A DNA stretch of 64,000 nt from Planctomycetota bacterium (lineage in GTDB: Bacteria; Planctomycetota; UBA1135): the NCBI GenBank assembly GCA_027623295.1, contig JAQBXR010000013.1:3250-67249 (forward strand). The letters run 5' to 3'. Below the pieces are notes generated by a model that saw nothing but the letters and a program-made list of their open reading frames with translations, had not been told where the DNA came from and did not search any database. The position numbers and the translations under genes were made by a program. Shown here piece by piece: positions 28,608 to 38,628 of this stretch (position 1 is its first letter; each line of letters opens with the position of its first letter).

Positions 28608-29646
28608 GTCGGACTCAAAGGCAGCAAAAAGCCAGCTTGGCTACAGCATTGGCCCCCATCACTTCAAGTATGGTCTATCGCTGGCACCAATGGCAGGTAA
28701 CACAAACCTAGCATACCGTCGCTTGTGCAGGCGGTTTGGCGCGGAGTTGACCACTACGGAAATGGTGAGTTCCATGGCCTTGCACCATAACGATGAAAAA
28801 ACGCTGACCTATTTGGAGCGTGGCGATGACGAGGAACCGGTCGCAGCCCAATTGTTTGGCTCCGACCCGGAAATCTTGGCCAAAGCTGCGCGCAAAGTGC
28901 AAGAACGTGGTTTTCATATCGTGGACCTGAACATTGGCTGTCCGGTGCCCAAGATTACCGGCGGCGGCGGCGGTAGTGCCTTATTGCGTGATCCCGAATT
29001 GGCCGAGCGATGCGTGGCCGCTATGCATGCGGCTACCGATATTCCAGTCACCGTAAAAATGCGTGCAGGCTGGGATGAACAAGATCGCTCGGCGCCAGAG
29101 TTTGCCAAACGCATGGAACAAGCCGGCGCTGTTGGCTTAACCGTGCACGGCCGAACGCGGGAACAGAAGTACACCGGCTATGCTGATCTCAAGGTTATCC
29201 AGGCCATCAACGAAGCCATTTCAATCCCTGTGGTCGGCAACGGAGATGTCGTGGATTTGGATTCCGCCAAACGTATGGCGCAAACCGGTGTTGCTGGCAT
29301 CGCCATCGGGCGTGGCGCGCTCGGCCGCCCATGGCTCTTCGATCAAACCCGAGCGATGTTAGCCGGCGATGTGATTCCAGAAGATCCAACCATGCAAGTC
29401 CGCGCTCAACTTTTGCTCGAGCTAGGAGCTGGCGTTTGCGGAATCTACGGAGAGCACCGCGGCATGCGCATCATGCGACGCCTCGCCACCGACTTCTTCC
29501 GTGGCATTTCAGGTGCTCCCACTATGCGCAAAGCCAGCCACGCCCTTGAGAGCATGGCTGACTTAGAACGCTTGGCTACTCGGATTTCTGACTCGGCAAA
29601 TACTGATCCAAGTCAGCTAAATCTGGACGACTCCCGTCCCAGTTAA
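28606..29646 (+). CDS. dusB: tRNA-dihydrouridine synthase (DusB-type)
   Basis: LAPMAG, TTEMV, QLFGSDP, DLNIGCPVPKI, GSALL, VTVKMR, VHGRTREQ, GNGDV, GRGALGRPW. Confidence 0.92.
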   Translation: MSDSKAAKSQLGYSIGPHHFKYGLSLAPMAGNTNLAYRRLCRRFGAELTTTEMVSSMALHHNDEKTLTYLERGDDEEPVAAQLFGSDPEILAKAARKVQERGFHIVDLNIGCPVPKITGGGGGSALLRDPELAERCVAAMHAATDIPVTVKMRAGWDEQDRSAPEFAKRMEQAGAVGLTVHGRTREQKYTGYADLKVIQAINEAISIPVVGNGDVVDLDSAKRMAQTGVAGIAIGRGALGRPWLFDQTRAMLAGDVIPEDPTMQVRAQLLLELGAGVCGIYGEHRGMRIMRRLATDFFRGISGAPTMRKASHALESMADLERLATRISDSANTDPSQLNLDDSRPS

Positions 29647-31081
29647 GGCCCTGGACGGTAAACAACTTGGTGGCGGCTTTGGCATAGTCCATGCGCGCCT
29701 GGAACTCCTGTGTTTCCGCTACCGAAAGATCGGTCTGAAACTCCAGAACTTGAAAGTTGGTCGAAGCCCCTTCCTGCAAACGACGCTGCTCCGCTTCTAA
29801 CTGACGTCGGGCAACCGCACTCGCACGCGTAGTTACGGTGACGCGCTGCGCATTAAAGTTGATATTACGTACCGCATCGCGCACTTCATTGGCGATTTCA
29901 TTTTCCCGGTCACGCAAGTTGCGCACCGCCAAACGGTTCAACTGACGCGTCCGGTTTTCCCGACCCTCGTACTGCGCATTGCCGATTGGAATCTCAAACA
30001 GTAAACCAACGTTGTAGCCGGGTAAATCGCGGTCGGTCAGGCTGCTAAAAGCATCTCCAACTTGCGTCTCCTGCGCCGAATAGCTTCCGCTACCGGTGAG
30101 GTCCAACAGCGGCAAGGTATTGCGCTGAGCGACTTTCCAATCCAAATCGGTTTGGTCAATATCAATGCGCAGCTGACGAAGGTCAGCGCGGTATTCGCGC
30201 GCGGTTTCAAAAGAATCACGCCAATCAAGTTCCATGCTTTCAGCCACTGGAGGCAGACTGGATGGCTGCAATTCTAAATCCCATTGACCGCCATCTTCCA
30301 AACCGAATAATAAGATACGCAAACGGTCTGCGGATTGATGCACGGTGTTGTGCGCGGTGAGCAAGGCATCGGTCCGGGAAGCGATATCGGCTTCGGTTTG
30401 CACCACTTCTACTTCAGCAACTGCGCCAACGCGATACTTCGCTTCGGTCAGTGCTTTAAGCTCTTCTGCAAGCGATAAAGAGCGCTGCTTGACATCGCGG
30501 TCGGCATAGGCAAAGGCTAGGTCCCAATAAGCATCTACGGCGGCTTGCACGACGTCGGTGCCAGCTTGACGAATGCCAGCTAAATCACGGTCTCGCGCGA
30601 ACTCAGCCAGACGTATGGCTTGGGTTCCAGTCATATTCCATGCACCACGCAACAAAGGCTGGGTGAAGTTCAGCGCGACCGAAACATCGGACTGCGGAGC
30701 CGGCAGAAAACTGGCATCGTTATAGCTTTCTGTGAAAGACAAGTTGAACGAGCCACCCGTGGTTAAGGCTTGGCGGATGCCCTGGTTGGCATCGAAACGC
30801 TTACTCTTGGTGGTACCAAAGGCGCTAAAGAAACCATTTGCTGGCGACTCATCAAAGGAGTAGGTGGCATCTGCGAAAAGCACCGGATCAAAGGCGCCAT
30901 CGGCCTCAAGCACGCCGCCTTCTGCAGCTAGGGCGCGCAACCTGGCTTGTGCCAACATAGGTGCTTGTTCGGACGCAAGTAGGACCACTTCCTCCAAACT
31001 GAGCTGGAGAACCGGCGGGGTTTCAGGTTCCTGAGCGCAAAGCGTTGCCAGGAAGATGGGAGCAAAACAGAGGGACAGCAT
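29576..31081 (-). CDS. TolC-family outer membrane protein
   Basis: Signal peptide, LSLEEVV, FTQPLLRG, AYWDL, LPLLDL, EIPIGN, EQRRLQEGASTNFQVL. Two outer-membrane efflux repeats. Confidence 0.9.
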   Translation of the reverse strand: MLSLCFAPIFLATLCAQEPETPPVLQLSLEEVVLLASEQAPMLAQARLRALAAEGGVLEADGAFDPVLFADATYSFDESPANGFFSAFGTTKSKRFDANQGIRQALTTGGSFNLSFTESYNDASFLPAPQSDVSVALNFTQPLLRGAWNMTGTQAIRLAEFARDRDLAGIRQAGTDVVQAAVDAYWDLAFAYADRDVKQRSLSLAEELKALTEAKYRVGAVAEVEVVQTEADIASRTDALLTAHNTVHQSADRLRILLFGLEDGGQWDLELQPSSLPPVAESMELDWRDSFETAREYRADLRQLRIDIDQTDLDWKVAQRNTLPLLDLTGSGSYSAQETQVGDAFSSLTDRDLPGYNVGLLFEIPIGNAQYEGRENRTRQLNRLAVRNLRDRENEIANEVRDAVRNINFNAQRVTVTTRASAVARRQLEAEQRRLQEGASTNFQVLEFQTDLSVAETQEFQARMDYAKAATKLFTVQGLNWDGSRPDLADLDQYLPSQKSE

Positions 31082-31162
31082 GGTAGTAAGGGGCTACCGG
31101 AAGCAGCCACGGGCATATCCTACGCACCTGCGGCCCGGAAGTTGGCAAGGAATGGGGTGCGC

Positions 31163-31861
31163 CTAGTTTTCGCTCAAGAAGGGTGCGCCTTTCCAAGCCA
31201 GAGGGGCCTCGGCAGTTGAAGCTAATTCCCCCGTCAACACCCAGTGCCAGGCGGCATAGGCGCTTCGAGACGCGTCATCGGCGCCGGGCGATACCTTGCT
31301 ATCCGCGCCAAAAGCTTGGATTTGGGCATCGTTTTGAGAGAAGACGCCTTCCTCACAGGCGGCCAAAAATGCGCTCCACTCTGCTTGCTCCACAGCAGGA
31401 ACTGGGCGCTGGGCCGTCTTCCAATTCATGCTGACCCGCGCCATGCGGCTTGCTTGCTCCAAGGCACGCAATTGCTCAGCCTTCAAGATCGGCTGCTCCG
31501 AATCGAACTCATCTTCGGGACCAATGATGGTGTAACCCGAGTCGCCATCGACAGCGTCTTCGCGCCAGCCTGCGTCGGAGTATTCCTGGCGTGGCTCGAA
31601 ACCGAGTTTTGGCTTTTCGGTTTCCATCGGGCCAAACATATAGAACAAGGCAGCTACAGGAGCCGCTGCAATGGTCATGACTAACATGCCGGCCGCCACA
31701 CGAATCAGTGGGTTGGACTGCATGGCAGAGCGGAAGCTCCAACTTTGGCGCACGCGAGCCTCTAGAACTTCGAAAAAATCCTCTGACAATTCCGGCTGCG
31801 GGTATGCAGAACGCAACTCCTCAGCAAAAAGATCAAGCTCGTTTTCTTCTTCGAGATTCAT
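31163..31861 (-). CDS. Putative anti-sigma factor (single transmembrane helix)
   Basis: Overlaps the ECF sigma stop. Short cytoplasmic N-terminus, one transmembrane helix, extracytoplasmic C-terminus. Confidence 0.65.
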   Translation of the reverse strand: MNLEEENELDLFAEELRSAYPQPELSEDFFEVLEARVRQSWSFRSAMQSNPLIRVAAGMLVMTIAAAPVAALFYMFGPMETEKPKLGFEPRQEYSDAGWREDAVDGDSGYTIIGPEDEFDSEQPILKAEQLRALEQASRMARVSMNWKTAQRPVPAVEQAEWSAFLAACEEGVFSQNDAQIQAFGADSKVSPGADDASRSAYAAWHWVLTGELASTAEAPLAWKGAPFLSEN

Positions 31862-32412
31862 GCTTCGTTACCGGGGTTTAGGTTTTGCACGCGATCGCGC
31901 AAACGGCGCAGGCTGTAGTAAACCCGCGATTTCACCGTTCCAATGGGGATGTCCAAAATCATCGAGACCTCTTTGTAGGGAAGTTGCTGAAGCACCGCAA
32001 GCTCGAGAAGTTCACGCGTCTCTTGGTCAAGTTTGCCGAGTGCGGCGCGGAGTTGAACCACGCGGTCATCGCGATCGGCGGACTCCACGGGGCCCAGTTG
32101 TACATCCAAGCCTTCGTTGGCCTCTTCTGAGGAGAACTCACGGCCGGAGCGTCGGCGATTATCGATCCACAGGTTGCGCGCGATGTGCAGGCAAAATGCA
32201 TCCAAACGCCCGCTAGGTTGGTAGCGAGGCAAGTTCTGGATGATGCGGACGAAAACATTTTGGACCAGGTCTTCTGCAGTGGATGGCTGCGCGCCTTGAC
32301 GGAGAAAGTAGCCCTTGAGCCGAGGGGCCATTTCCGAAACCAACTCGTCAAAGGCAGCGGAATCGCCGGCTTTAAATCGAACGAGGTAGTCATCTGGGGC
32401 TCCCGTGCTCAT
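31858..32412 (-). CDS. ECF RNA polymerase sigma factor
   Basis: GDSAAFDELV, AEDLVQNVF, IARNLWID..RR, LPYKEVS..LDIPIGTVKSR. Confidence 0.93.
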   Translation of the reverse strand: MSTGAPDDYLVRFKAGDSAAFDELVSEMAPRLKGYFLRQGAQPSTAEDLVQNVFVRIIQNLPRYQPSGRLDAFCLHIARNLWIDNRRRSGREFSSEEANEGLDVQLGPVESADRDDRVVQLRAALGKLDQETRELLELAVLQQLPYKEVSMILDIPIGTVKSRVYYSLRRLRDRVQNLNPGNEA

Positions 32413-32452
32413 GAACAAGGTCTGCAGGTAAACGGGTTAAGGGCAACAGAGT

Positions 32453-32935
32453 TCACGCTTTCTGCACCTTTTCCCAAGAATTTTTGAGGTCTTTTCGCAG
32501 AGCCTCAGAACGCGGGCCAAGGCCCATTAATTGCAGTAAACGTCCACTTTTCTCCACTATTAGACGGATTTCCAGCCGATCTGCAGGCCACCACTGCTCC
32601 AGGCGGTCAGCCCACTCCACTAAAACGACGTGCTCTTGGTCAAAACGTTCACACAAGCCTTCGCCGAGCAAGGAATCCATACGCGCTTCGAAATAGGCAT
32701 CTAGGTGTAAAACCGGGTGCCGCCCCTCATGCTCTTGACACAGGAGATATGTCGGCGAGCGCAACGGGGTGCTGCATTTCAAGCCGCGCCCGATGCCGCG
32801 GCTAATGCTCGTTTTACCGGTGCCAAGCTCCCCAATCAGGGCAACGCAATCTCCTGCCAGAAGAAGGCCTCCGAGAAGTTCACCAAAGCACTCCGATTGC
32901 GCTTCGTCGGCCAAGAAATAGGCGTGAGGCTTCAT
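32453..32935 (-). CDS. tsaE: tRNA threonylcarbamoyladenosine biosynthesis ATPase TsaE
   Basis: GELGTGKT, SPTY, HLDAY, VEWA. Conserved thiL-tsaE pairing. Confidence 0.93.
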   Translation of the reverse strand: MKPHAYFLADEAQSECFGELLGGLLLAGDCVALIGELGTGKTSISRGIGRGLKCSTPLRSPTYLLCQEHEGRHPVLHLDAYFEARMDSLLGEGLCERFDQEHVVLVEWADRLEQWWPADRLEIRLIVEKSGRLLQLMGLGPRSEALRKDLKNSWEKVQKA

Positions 32936-33840
32936 GACCAATGATGCTCCCAGCCTTTCGCTTTGAGTCGTTTACCACGACCATTTTCAAGCCATCGAAG
33001 CTTCGAGCCTTCCGTGACGAAGCCGATGGCATGTATGCCCACCTTACGCAAAGTACGATCCTCCATCGCACGTTTGGATTGACTCGGATTCAGAATGACA
33101 AGCAACTCATAGTCTTCCCCTTCCCCCACAGCAGATTCCCAACCGGCTTGATTTTGGCTAAGAGACCTATCTAAAGGCAATGCGGTGAGTTCGATTTCTG
33201 CACCCACCGCACTCGCGCGCAAGATACGCGGCAAGTCCTTGGCGAGACCATCGGACAAATCCATCATCGCATGAGGCTTAAAGTTTTGCACCAAGCGTTT
33301 CCCTTCGCGCAGCCGCGGTTCGGGAAGTAGATGGGAGCCTGTAGTGAAAGATGCCCCGAGTTTCCCAGTGACGAGGATGACATCGCCAGGTTTCGCGCCG
33401 GCACGTCCTGGAACCGGACCGTTGTCCAACCCCATGGCGGTACAAGTTAAAACTACCTGAGAGGATTGACTACAATCCCCGCCGATGACCGGGACTTGGA
33501 AGGCATCGGCCTCTTTGAGGAAAGCTTTAGCAAGGGTGCGAATCTGTGACGCGGTCCAATCCGTAGGCAAAGCCAAAGTCCAAGAGACGGTCCAAGGTGT
33601 CGCCCCCACCGCGGCAAGGTCACTCAAGGTACGGCGCAGGAGTTTGCGCGCATACGCGGTTGGGGTGGCATGGACATCTAAATGCACGCCGCCAACGACT
33701 TGGTCGACGGTTTGCAGCAATCGACGCCCCTTTGGAGGGGTCAATTGCGCACAATCTGAACCTGGACCCAGAATCCCCTTTCTTCCGGCGAAGGAAGATT
33801 GGAAAATGCGATGCAGGCTTTCCTCGCTGAAGCCACTCAT
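32932..33840 (-). CDS. thiL: Thiamine-monophosphate kinase
   Basis: GPGSDCA, LSDLAAVGATP, IGGD, VTGKLG, MMDLSDGL, GEDYELL. Start ATG 33840. Confidence 0.92.
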   Translation of the reverse strand: MSGFSEESLHRIFQSSFAGRKGILGPGSDCAQLTPPKGRRLLQTVDQVVGGVHLDVHATPTAYARKLLRRTLSDLAAVGATPWTVSWTLALPTDWTASQIRTLAKAFLKEADAFQVPVIGGDCSQSSQVVLTCTAMGLDNGPVPGRAGAKPGDVILVTGKLGASFTTGSHLLPEPRLREGKRLVQNFKPHAMMDLSDGLAKDLPRILRASAVGAEIELTALPLDRSLSQNQAGWESAVGEGEDYELLVILNPSQSKRAMEDRTLRKVGIHAIGFVTEGSKLRWLENGRGKRLKAKGWEHHWS

Positions 33841-33843
33841 CTT

Positions 33844-34329
33844 ATGTACCCTAGGACTCGGACCCCACGCCAGAATCGCGGCCTCACTCGTTTCGAGTGG
33901 CTGTGGACGCTGCTGTTGCTTGCCTTCATTATTGGCACGATTGTAAGCACCCTCGACGCAGAAGTTGAGCGTGGAAACGAACGAATGGCGCGCGACGCGA
34001 TTTCTTACCTTTCCAGCCAACTCTATCTTGGACTGGAAACGCAAGACTTTGCCAGTCCGGAAACTCTTCCGCTTCCTATGTTGGGCCCTGGACTGCCGCC
34101 GCGTGGTCTTCCCCTCGGCGGTGAAGAACCTGCGCGCCTAGCCAGCATCATGCCCACATCCGGTTATCTGCCGGTGGACCCTTGGGGTCGTGGCTATGTG
34201 CTCCTTTTGGGCACCGCCGACGGCATGCTCAGTCTGTTTGTCGTCTCCAGCGGCGGCTCCGGTATTTTGCCAATCGACGTAGGATTAACCACGCCGCTTG
34301 CCGCGCGCGTGCACTTCCCAATCAACTAG
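33844..34329 (+). CDS. Pilin/pseudopilin-like protein (GspG-like C-terminus)
   Basis: Basic leader, then G|LTRFE followed by a hydrophobic helix (class III signal-like). PVDPWGRGY..VVSSG motif as in GspG. Confidence 0.7.
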   Translation: MYPRTRTPRQNRGLTRFEWLWTLLLLAFIIGTIVSTLDAEVERGNERMARDAISYLSSQLYLGLETQDFASPETLPLPMLGPGLPPRGLPLGGEEPARLASIMPTSGYLPVDPWGRGYVLLLGTADGMLSLFVVSSGGSGILPIDVGLTTPLAARVHFPIN

Positions 34330-34931
34330 CGATCCCACGCACGGCTGAGCTCAGTCATGGTGACAAGGTTCTTCGCCGCACGCAAAACGGCAACCCCGTA
34401 AGCCCCGGCTGCTTTGCAGGCTGCCACCCGTTCTGCGGACTGGATTCCACCAATGGCGATGACCGGTACCTTGGTGTTTGCACAAAGGGATTCCAGGCGT
34501 TCTAAACCCCGCGCTTTGAGAAAGCCTTGCTTTTCCGGCGTATCCCAAATCGGGCCAAAAATAAGGAAGTTGGCACCATCCCTTACCGCGGTCTGAACTT
34601 CTTCTTCGGAGTGCGTCGATTTCCCAAGAAGTAGGCTAGGGAATCGTTTTTTATAAACCGCTAAAGGCAAACTGCGGAAACCTGCAATCACGGCATGAGC
34701 CTCAGTAGCCTGTGCATAATCGGCCATGCCGTGGACGGCAACAAAGGATTTCTGCGCGACCATTGCCCTAAGGACTTGCAGAGATTCTCTCGGTTCGCAC
34801 CTAGGTCTGCGTAAGGTTACCGCTGCAGCTGGCGCTGCGGTCGTCAACCAAGCTTGGCCTTCCGCAAATCCCTCGAGGTCCGAGCAAATGGCCCAAATCC
34901 CCTTTGGAATACTGCTTGCCTGGTGCATCAT
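34326..34931 (-). CDS. Thiamine phosphate synthase/TenI family protein
   Basis: GKSTHS.EE, FGPIWDTPEK, PVIAIGGI, GAYGVAV. N-terminal QxRxK motif is degenerate. Confidence 0.8.
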   Translation of the reverse strand: MMHQASSIPKGIWAICSDLEGFAEGQAWLTTAAPAAAVTLRRPRCEPRESLQVLRAMVAQKSFVAVHGMADYAQATEAHAVIAGFRSLPLAVYKKRFPSLLLGKSTHSEEEVQTAVRDGANFLIFGPIWDTPEKQGFLKARGLERLESLCANTKVPVIAIGGIQSAERVAACKAAGAYGVAVLRAAKNLVTMTELSRAWDR

Positions 34932-36925
34932 TAAGCCGAGCGCAAACTCGCGCCGTAATCACGCACCCAAGCGGAAAGGGCTTCCACTTTCACTTCACTA
35001 TGCAACTTTACGGTGCTGTCATCGACCCGATCGAAACCAATGTCACGCAACCCCGGGTGGAGAGAAATGCGATCTAGGACCTCTTTCTGTTCACAAAAAA
35101 GATGGCCGCCTTCAGACAAAGTCACCAGGCCACCTTTCCGCGCCCAAGATTCCAATGAGTAACTAACGTTTTGCGGCATTGGAGTGCGGCTGTTTTCGGT
35201 CAGCAGCTTTGTAATTTCATCTAACCGCATGCCTTCTGATAAAGCTCGGTGCAAACTCGCAGGAGTGATGCGGTAATGATAGAGAGAGTCCGTGAATTCA
35301 CGATCTGCAAAACGATCGAGGCGATATACCAACTCATGGCATCGACGGTCGGGGAACAACACGACTTCAAAGTCAGGGTTCACCACAATATGACCACTAC
35401 CTTCGATTTCACGGCCCGGCATGATGTCAAGCAACTCCGCCCCTACGCGAGTGAGTCGAATCGCCACAGCACGGCCAATGTCGTCATAGGCCATATCGAT
35501 GATGCCGAGCAAATACAGGTATTTGCGCATCCAAACGAACAAGTTCCAGGACAGGCTTCGCAGGTCTGAGGAGGAGCGCACCGGAAAAGACGACTTATCG
35601 TTCGCTGTTTCTTCGGCAGAAGTCAGGTCCGCAAGGTGGTGGTTGCGAGCCACGAATGGGAGAAACATCGCGTCGTACCAAACGCCTGGTTCGAGACGTT
35701 TGATGTAGCGCAAAGTGGTCCGCCGCAAGCGAAACTGGTGACTTAAATCGCCAGGCAACTCGCGATCTTCCACGAACCAGTCCAGCATTAAGCGTTGTTT
35801 CTCGCGCAGAGTCATGCTCAGAAAGGTTTGCGCTTGCGGAGTTAAGCGAAAACTACGCGTACCGGTGCGGTCGATAAAATTGCACGCAAGAGCAAAACGA
35901 TACTCGAGTTCGAGGATTTCGAAACGTCGAAACTCGCGACCCGGGTTCGGCAGCAGCTGTTCGGCAATTCGCTTGCCGGTACTTTTATAAATCGTTCCGC
36001 GGGTGGTGAAGCGGACCGTATCACCTGCCACGAAGGAGGCAAAACGGGAAAAGTTCGACACAAAATCAACACCTATCGAAGCGATCGATTCCGGACTCGG
36101 CTCCCCCGTCAACGAATGGTTTTTCAAAATCGCGACGACCACTTCCTGAAACAAGCACAGCACCCGTCCATTTTGACGAATGCCGGAGTTCTCTAAGTTC
36201 AGGGACAACCGCGTACCCAAAGAGTTTTTCTCTAGAGCTTTAAGGACCACATCGATCTTCGTCTCACGACCAAGTTCATCGTAATCGCCAACCGGTAACA
36301 AGCCGCCCCAGCGCATGGCGAGATCTTCCACAATTTCACGCACGAGGGGTTCCAAGTTTTCGAGGCGCGATAGCACGGCAGCTTCACTTGCAAGCAGGGT
36401 GTACATTTTGCGCACCGCTTCACCACCGGAAGCGCCTGGAATTTTGGTGCGGTAAAACTCGGTCAACCAGCCACGCAGCGAGATGGGACTGCTCGTGACT
36501 AACTCCTGCGCACCCTTTGCGGGCAACACGGCAGCCAGTTCTTCTGGGATGCCCCAAAGATTCGTAGTGGCACCATTGCTGCTATGACTCAAATGAGCCA
36601 CAAGCCCAGTGGAAACAAGATCGGCGAGTGCAGGGCGCACACTTCGCTCAGCAACCCCTTCCTTGATTGCGTTGGAACGCAAGGCATCAAAATCATGGCC
36701 ACCACCTGCGCCTTCACTAAGTACACGGAATACGGGAGCCAAAGCTCCGTAGAGGCCTGAACAAAAATTGCTAACCGAAACCGGGTCCACCATGCGGTTG
36801 CGCAGGTTTTGCACCAAGTCGGCACGACGGGCCGGCGGAGTTCCTCCAATCCAGCGGTCGTGCAAATCGATCAACTCACTTTCCGAACGGGAAGCGAGAG
36901 TGCGAGCAAGGGAGAGGCGAACCAT
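34931..36925 (-). CDS. XPB-associated protein with C-terminal helicase-associated (Helicase_C_3-like) domain
   Basis: C-terminal IVVNPDFEV..RFAD..YHYRITPASLHRAL..G..PMPQNV..L..W parallels the N-terminal domain of the adjacent XPB (HTYRITPVSVWNA..GIPQNF..W). Confidence 0.8.
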   Translation of the reverse strand: MVRLSLARTLASRSESELIDLHDRWIGGTPPARRADLVQNLRNRMVDPVSVSNFCSGLYGALAPVFRVLSEGAGGGHDFDALRSNAIKEGVAERSVRPALADLVSTGLVAHLSHSSNGATTNLWGIPEELAAVLPAKGAQELVTSSPISLRGWLTEFYRTKIPGASGGEAVRKMYTLLASEAAVLSRLENLEPLVREIVEDLAMRWGGLLPVGDYDELGRETKIDVVLKALEKNSLGTRLSLNLENSGIRQNGRVLCLFQEVVVAILKNHSLTGEPSPESIASIGVDFVSNFSRFASFVAGDTVRFTTRGTIYKSTGKRIAEQLLPNPGREFRRFEILELEYRFALACNFIDRTGTRSFRLTPQAQTFLSMTLREKQRLMLDWFVEDRELPGDLSHQFRLRRTTLRYIKRLEPGVWYDAMFLPFVARNHHLADLTSAEETANDKSSFPVRSSSDLRSLSWNLFVWMRKYLYLLGIIDMAYDDIGRAVAIRLTRVGAELLDIMPGREIEGSGHIVVNPDFEVVLFPDRRCHELVYRLDRFADREFTDSLYHYRITPASLHRALSEGMRLDEITKLLTENSRTPMPQNVSYSLESWARKGGLVTLSEGGHLFCEQKEVLDRISLHPGLRDIGFDRVDDSTVKLHSEVKVEALSAWVRDYGASLRSA

Positions 36926-36927
36926 GT

Positions 36928-38628
36928 CTAGGATTGCGAGGACAACAAGCTTTCTGCGGGAAGGATTTGATAGGTGTAACCTTGCTCGGTCAGGAATCGC
37001 TGACGCTTCTCGGCAAAATCTTGATCGGACGTTCCTTCACTCACCAGGGTGTAGAAAGTTGCACCTCGACCGTCCTTCTTCGGTCGTAAGATCCGGCCTA
37101 AACGCTGGGCCTCTTCTTGGCGTGAGCCATACGTGCCCGAGATCTGCAGGAGCACGTTAGCATCGGGCAGGTCAATCGCGAAGTTGCCGACCTTAGAAAC
37201 CAACAAGACCCTTTCGGTGCCATCGCGGAAGGCTTGATACAGCGTATCGCGTTCTGGATTTGGCATTTTTCCGGTAATCAAGGGCACGCCTAGTTCCTTT
37301 TCCAAAGCATGCAGCTGGTCTAGGTACTGGCCAATAATTAAGACGCGATCGCTACTGTGCTTTTCGAGCAAGGCAATGAGGGAATCGGTTTTACTTGGGT
37401 TCTCGGAAGCCAAACGGAATCGGGCACGTTTGCCAGAAGCCAAGTACTCCAAACGTAATTCCTCACTGAGTGGAACGCGCACTTCCACACACTCAACCGT
37501 AGCGATGTAACCACGCCGTTCCAGGTCTTTCCACGGTGCGTCGTAACGCTTTGGCCCAATCATGCAAAAGACTTCATCTTCCTTGCCGTCTTCTCTCACC
37601 AATGTTGCAGTAAGGCCAAGCCGACGACGCGCTTGAATTTCAGCGGTTGCGCGGAAAACCGGAGCAGGCAGCAAGTGCACCTCGTCGTAGATAATGAGGC
37701 CCCAATCTCCTGAAGAGAACAAGTCGAAGTGGACAAAGTCTTCCGTCTTGCTCTTACGGTAAGTCAGAATCTGATAAGTGGTCAAAGTAACCGGCTTAAT
37801 TTCCTTAACCTCTCCGGAATATTCACCGATTTGGTCCTCGGTAAGTTCGGTTTTATCCAACAACTCACGACGCCATTGACGTAGTGCCACCGTATTAGGC
37901 GTGACGATTAAAGTATGCGCGCCCACAGCTTCCATGGAAGCCAAGCCAACGATGGTTTTCCCGGCACCGCAAGGCAGAACCACCACACCGCTGCCGCCAT
38001 CTACGCGACCGCCTTGGTGAAAACTCTCAACCGCATCGATTTGGTAGGGACGTAAAGCAAACTCCTCGCCATTGGCCATCGTGGTACGCACCTTGATGTC
38101 CAGAGAGGAACCTTGGACATAACCCGCCAAGTCGCGCACGGGATAACCCAACTTCATGAGGCGCTCTTTGACTAAACCGCGACGCGCTTTGGTCACCGTG
38201 GCAAAACCTTCACCCCTCTCATAAGAGTCAAAGTGGCACACAAGATCGGGATCGTGCGACAACTCCGCAAGCACCTTGGGCTCAGTAGTCTCTAGGCGCA
38301 GCAATGCCTTATTTTCGGGATCTGCAACCAAGCAGAAAACTTCAGAACGAAAAAACCAAGTGGTCACTTCCACCTGGAAGTTCTGAGGGATGCCATAGCG
38401 CGCATTCTCCGCCAGAAAACTTAAGACTTGGTCTGCATTCATGCCCACCGCACCGGCATTCCAAACTGAAACCGGGGTAATCCGGTAGGTGTGCAAATAC
38501 TCTGGCGACTTGACCAATTCTGTGAACGGCAACAGACCACTACGCATCGCGACAAAGTCAGGATGAGCGGTCTCCACCACGATAGTCATATCGCTTTGGA
38601 GGATTAACGGGCGGTCGCCGAGGCTCAA
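36928..38628 (-). CDS. XPB/Ssl2 (Rad25)-like SF2 DNA repair helicase
   Basis: LRPYQ, VLPCGAGKT, DEVH, GLTATLVREDG (RED motif), QEEAQRLGRILRPK. TTG start abuts the uvrA-like stop. Confidence 0.95.
   Translation of the reverse strand: MSLGDRPLILQSDMTIVVETAHPDFVAMRSGLLPFTELVKSPEYLHTYRITPVSVWNAGAVGMNADQVLSFLAENARYGIPQNFQVEVTTWFFRSEVFCLVADPENKALLRLETTEPKVLAELSHDPDLVCHFDSYERGEGFATVTKARRGLVKERLMKLGYPVRDLAGYVQGSSLDIKVRTTMANGEEFALRPYQIDAVESFHQGGRVDGGSGVVVLPCGAGKTIVGLASMEAVGAHTLIVTPNTVALRQWRRELLDKTELTEDQIGEYSGEVKEIKPVTLTTYQILTYRKSKTEDFVHFDLFSSGDWGLIIYDEVHLLPAPVFRATAEIQARRRLGLTATLVREDGKEDEVFCMIGPKRYDAPWKDLERRGYIATVECVEVRVPLSEELRLEYLASGKRARFRLASENPSKTDSLIALLEKHSSDRVLIIGQYLDQLHALEKELGVPLITGKMPNPERDTLYQAFRDGTERVLLVSKVGNFAIDLPDANVLLQISGTYGSRQEEAQRLGRILRPKKDGRGATFYTLVSEGTSDQDFAEKRQRFLTEQGYTYQILPAESLLSSQS

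Noticed and set aside
34931-38628. Anti-phage defence helicase system
   Set aside because: The RED motif and N-terminal domain identify XPB. No nuclease, methylase or defence-island context.
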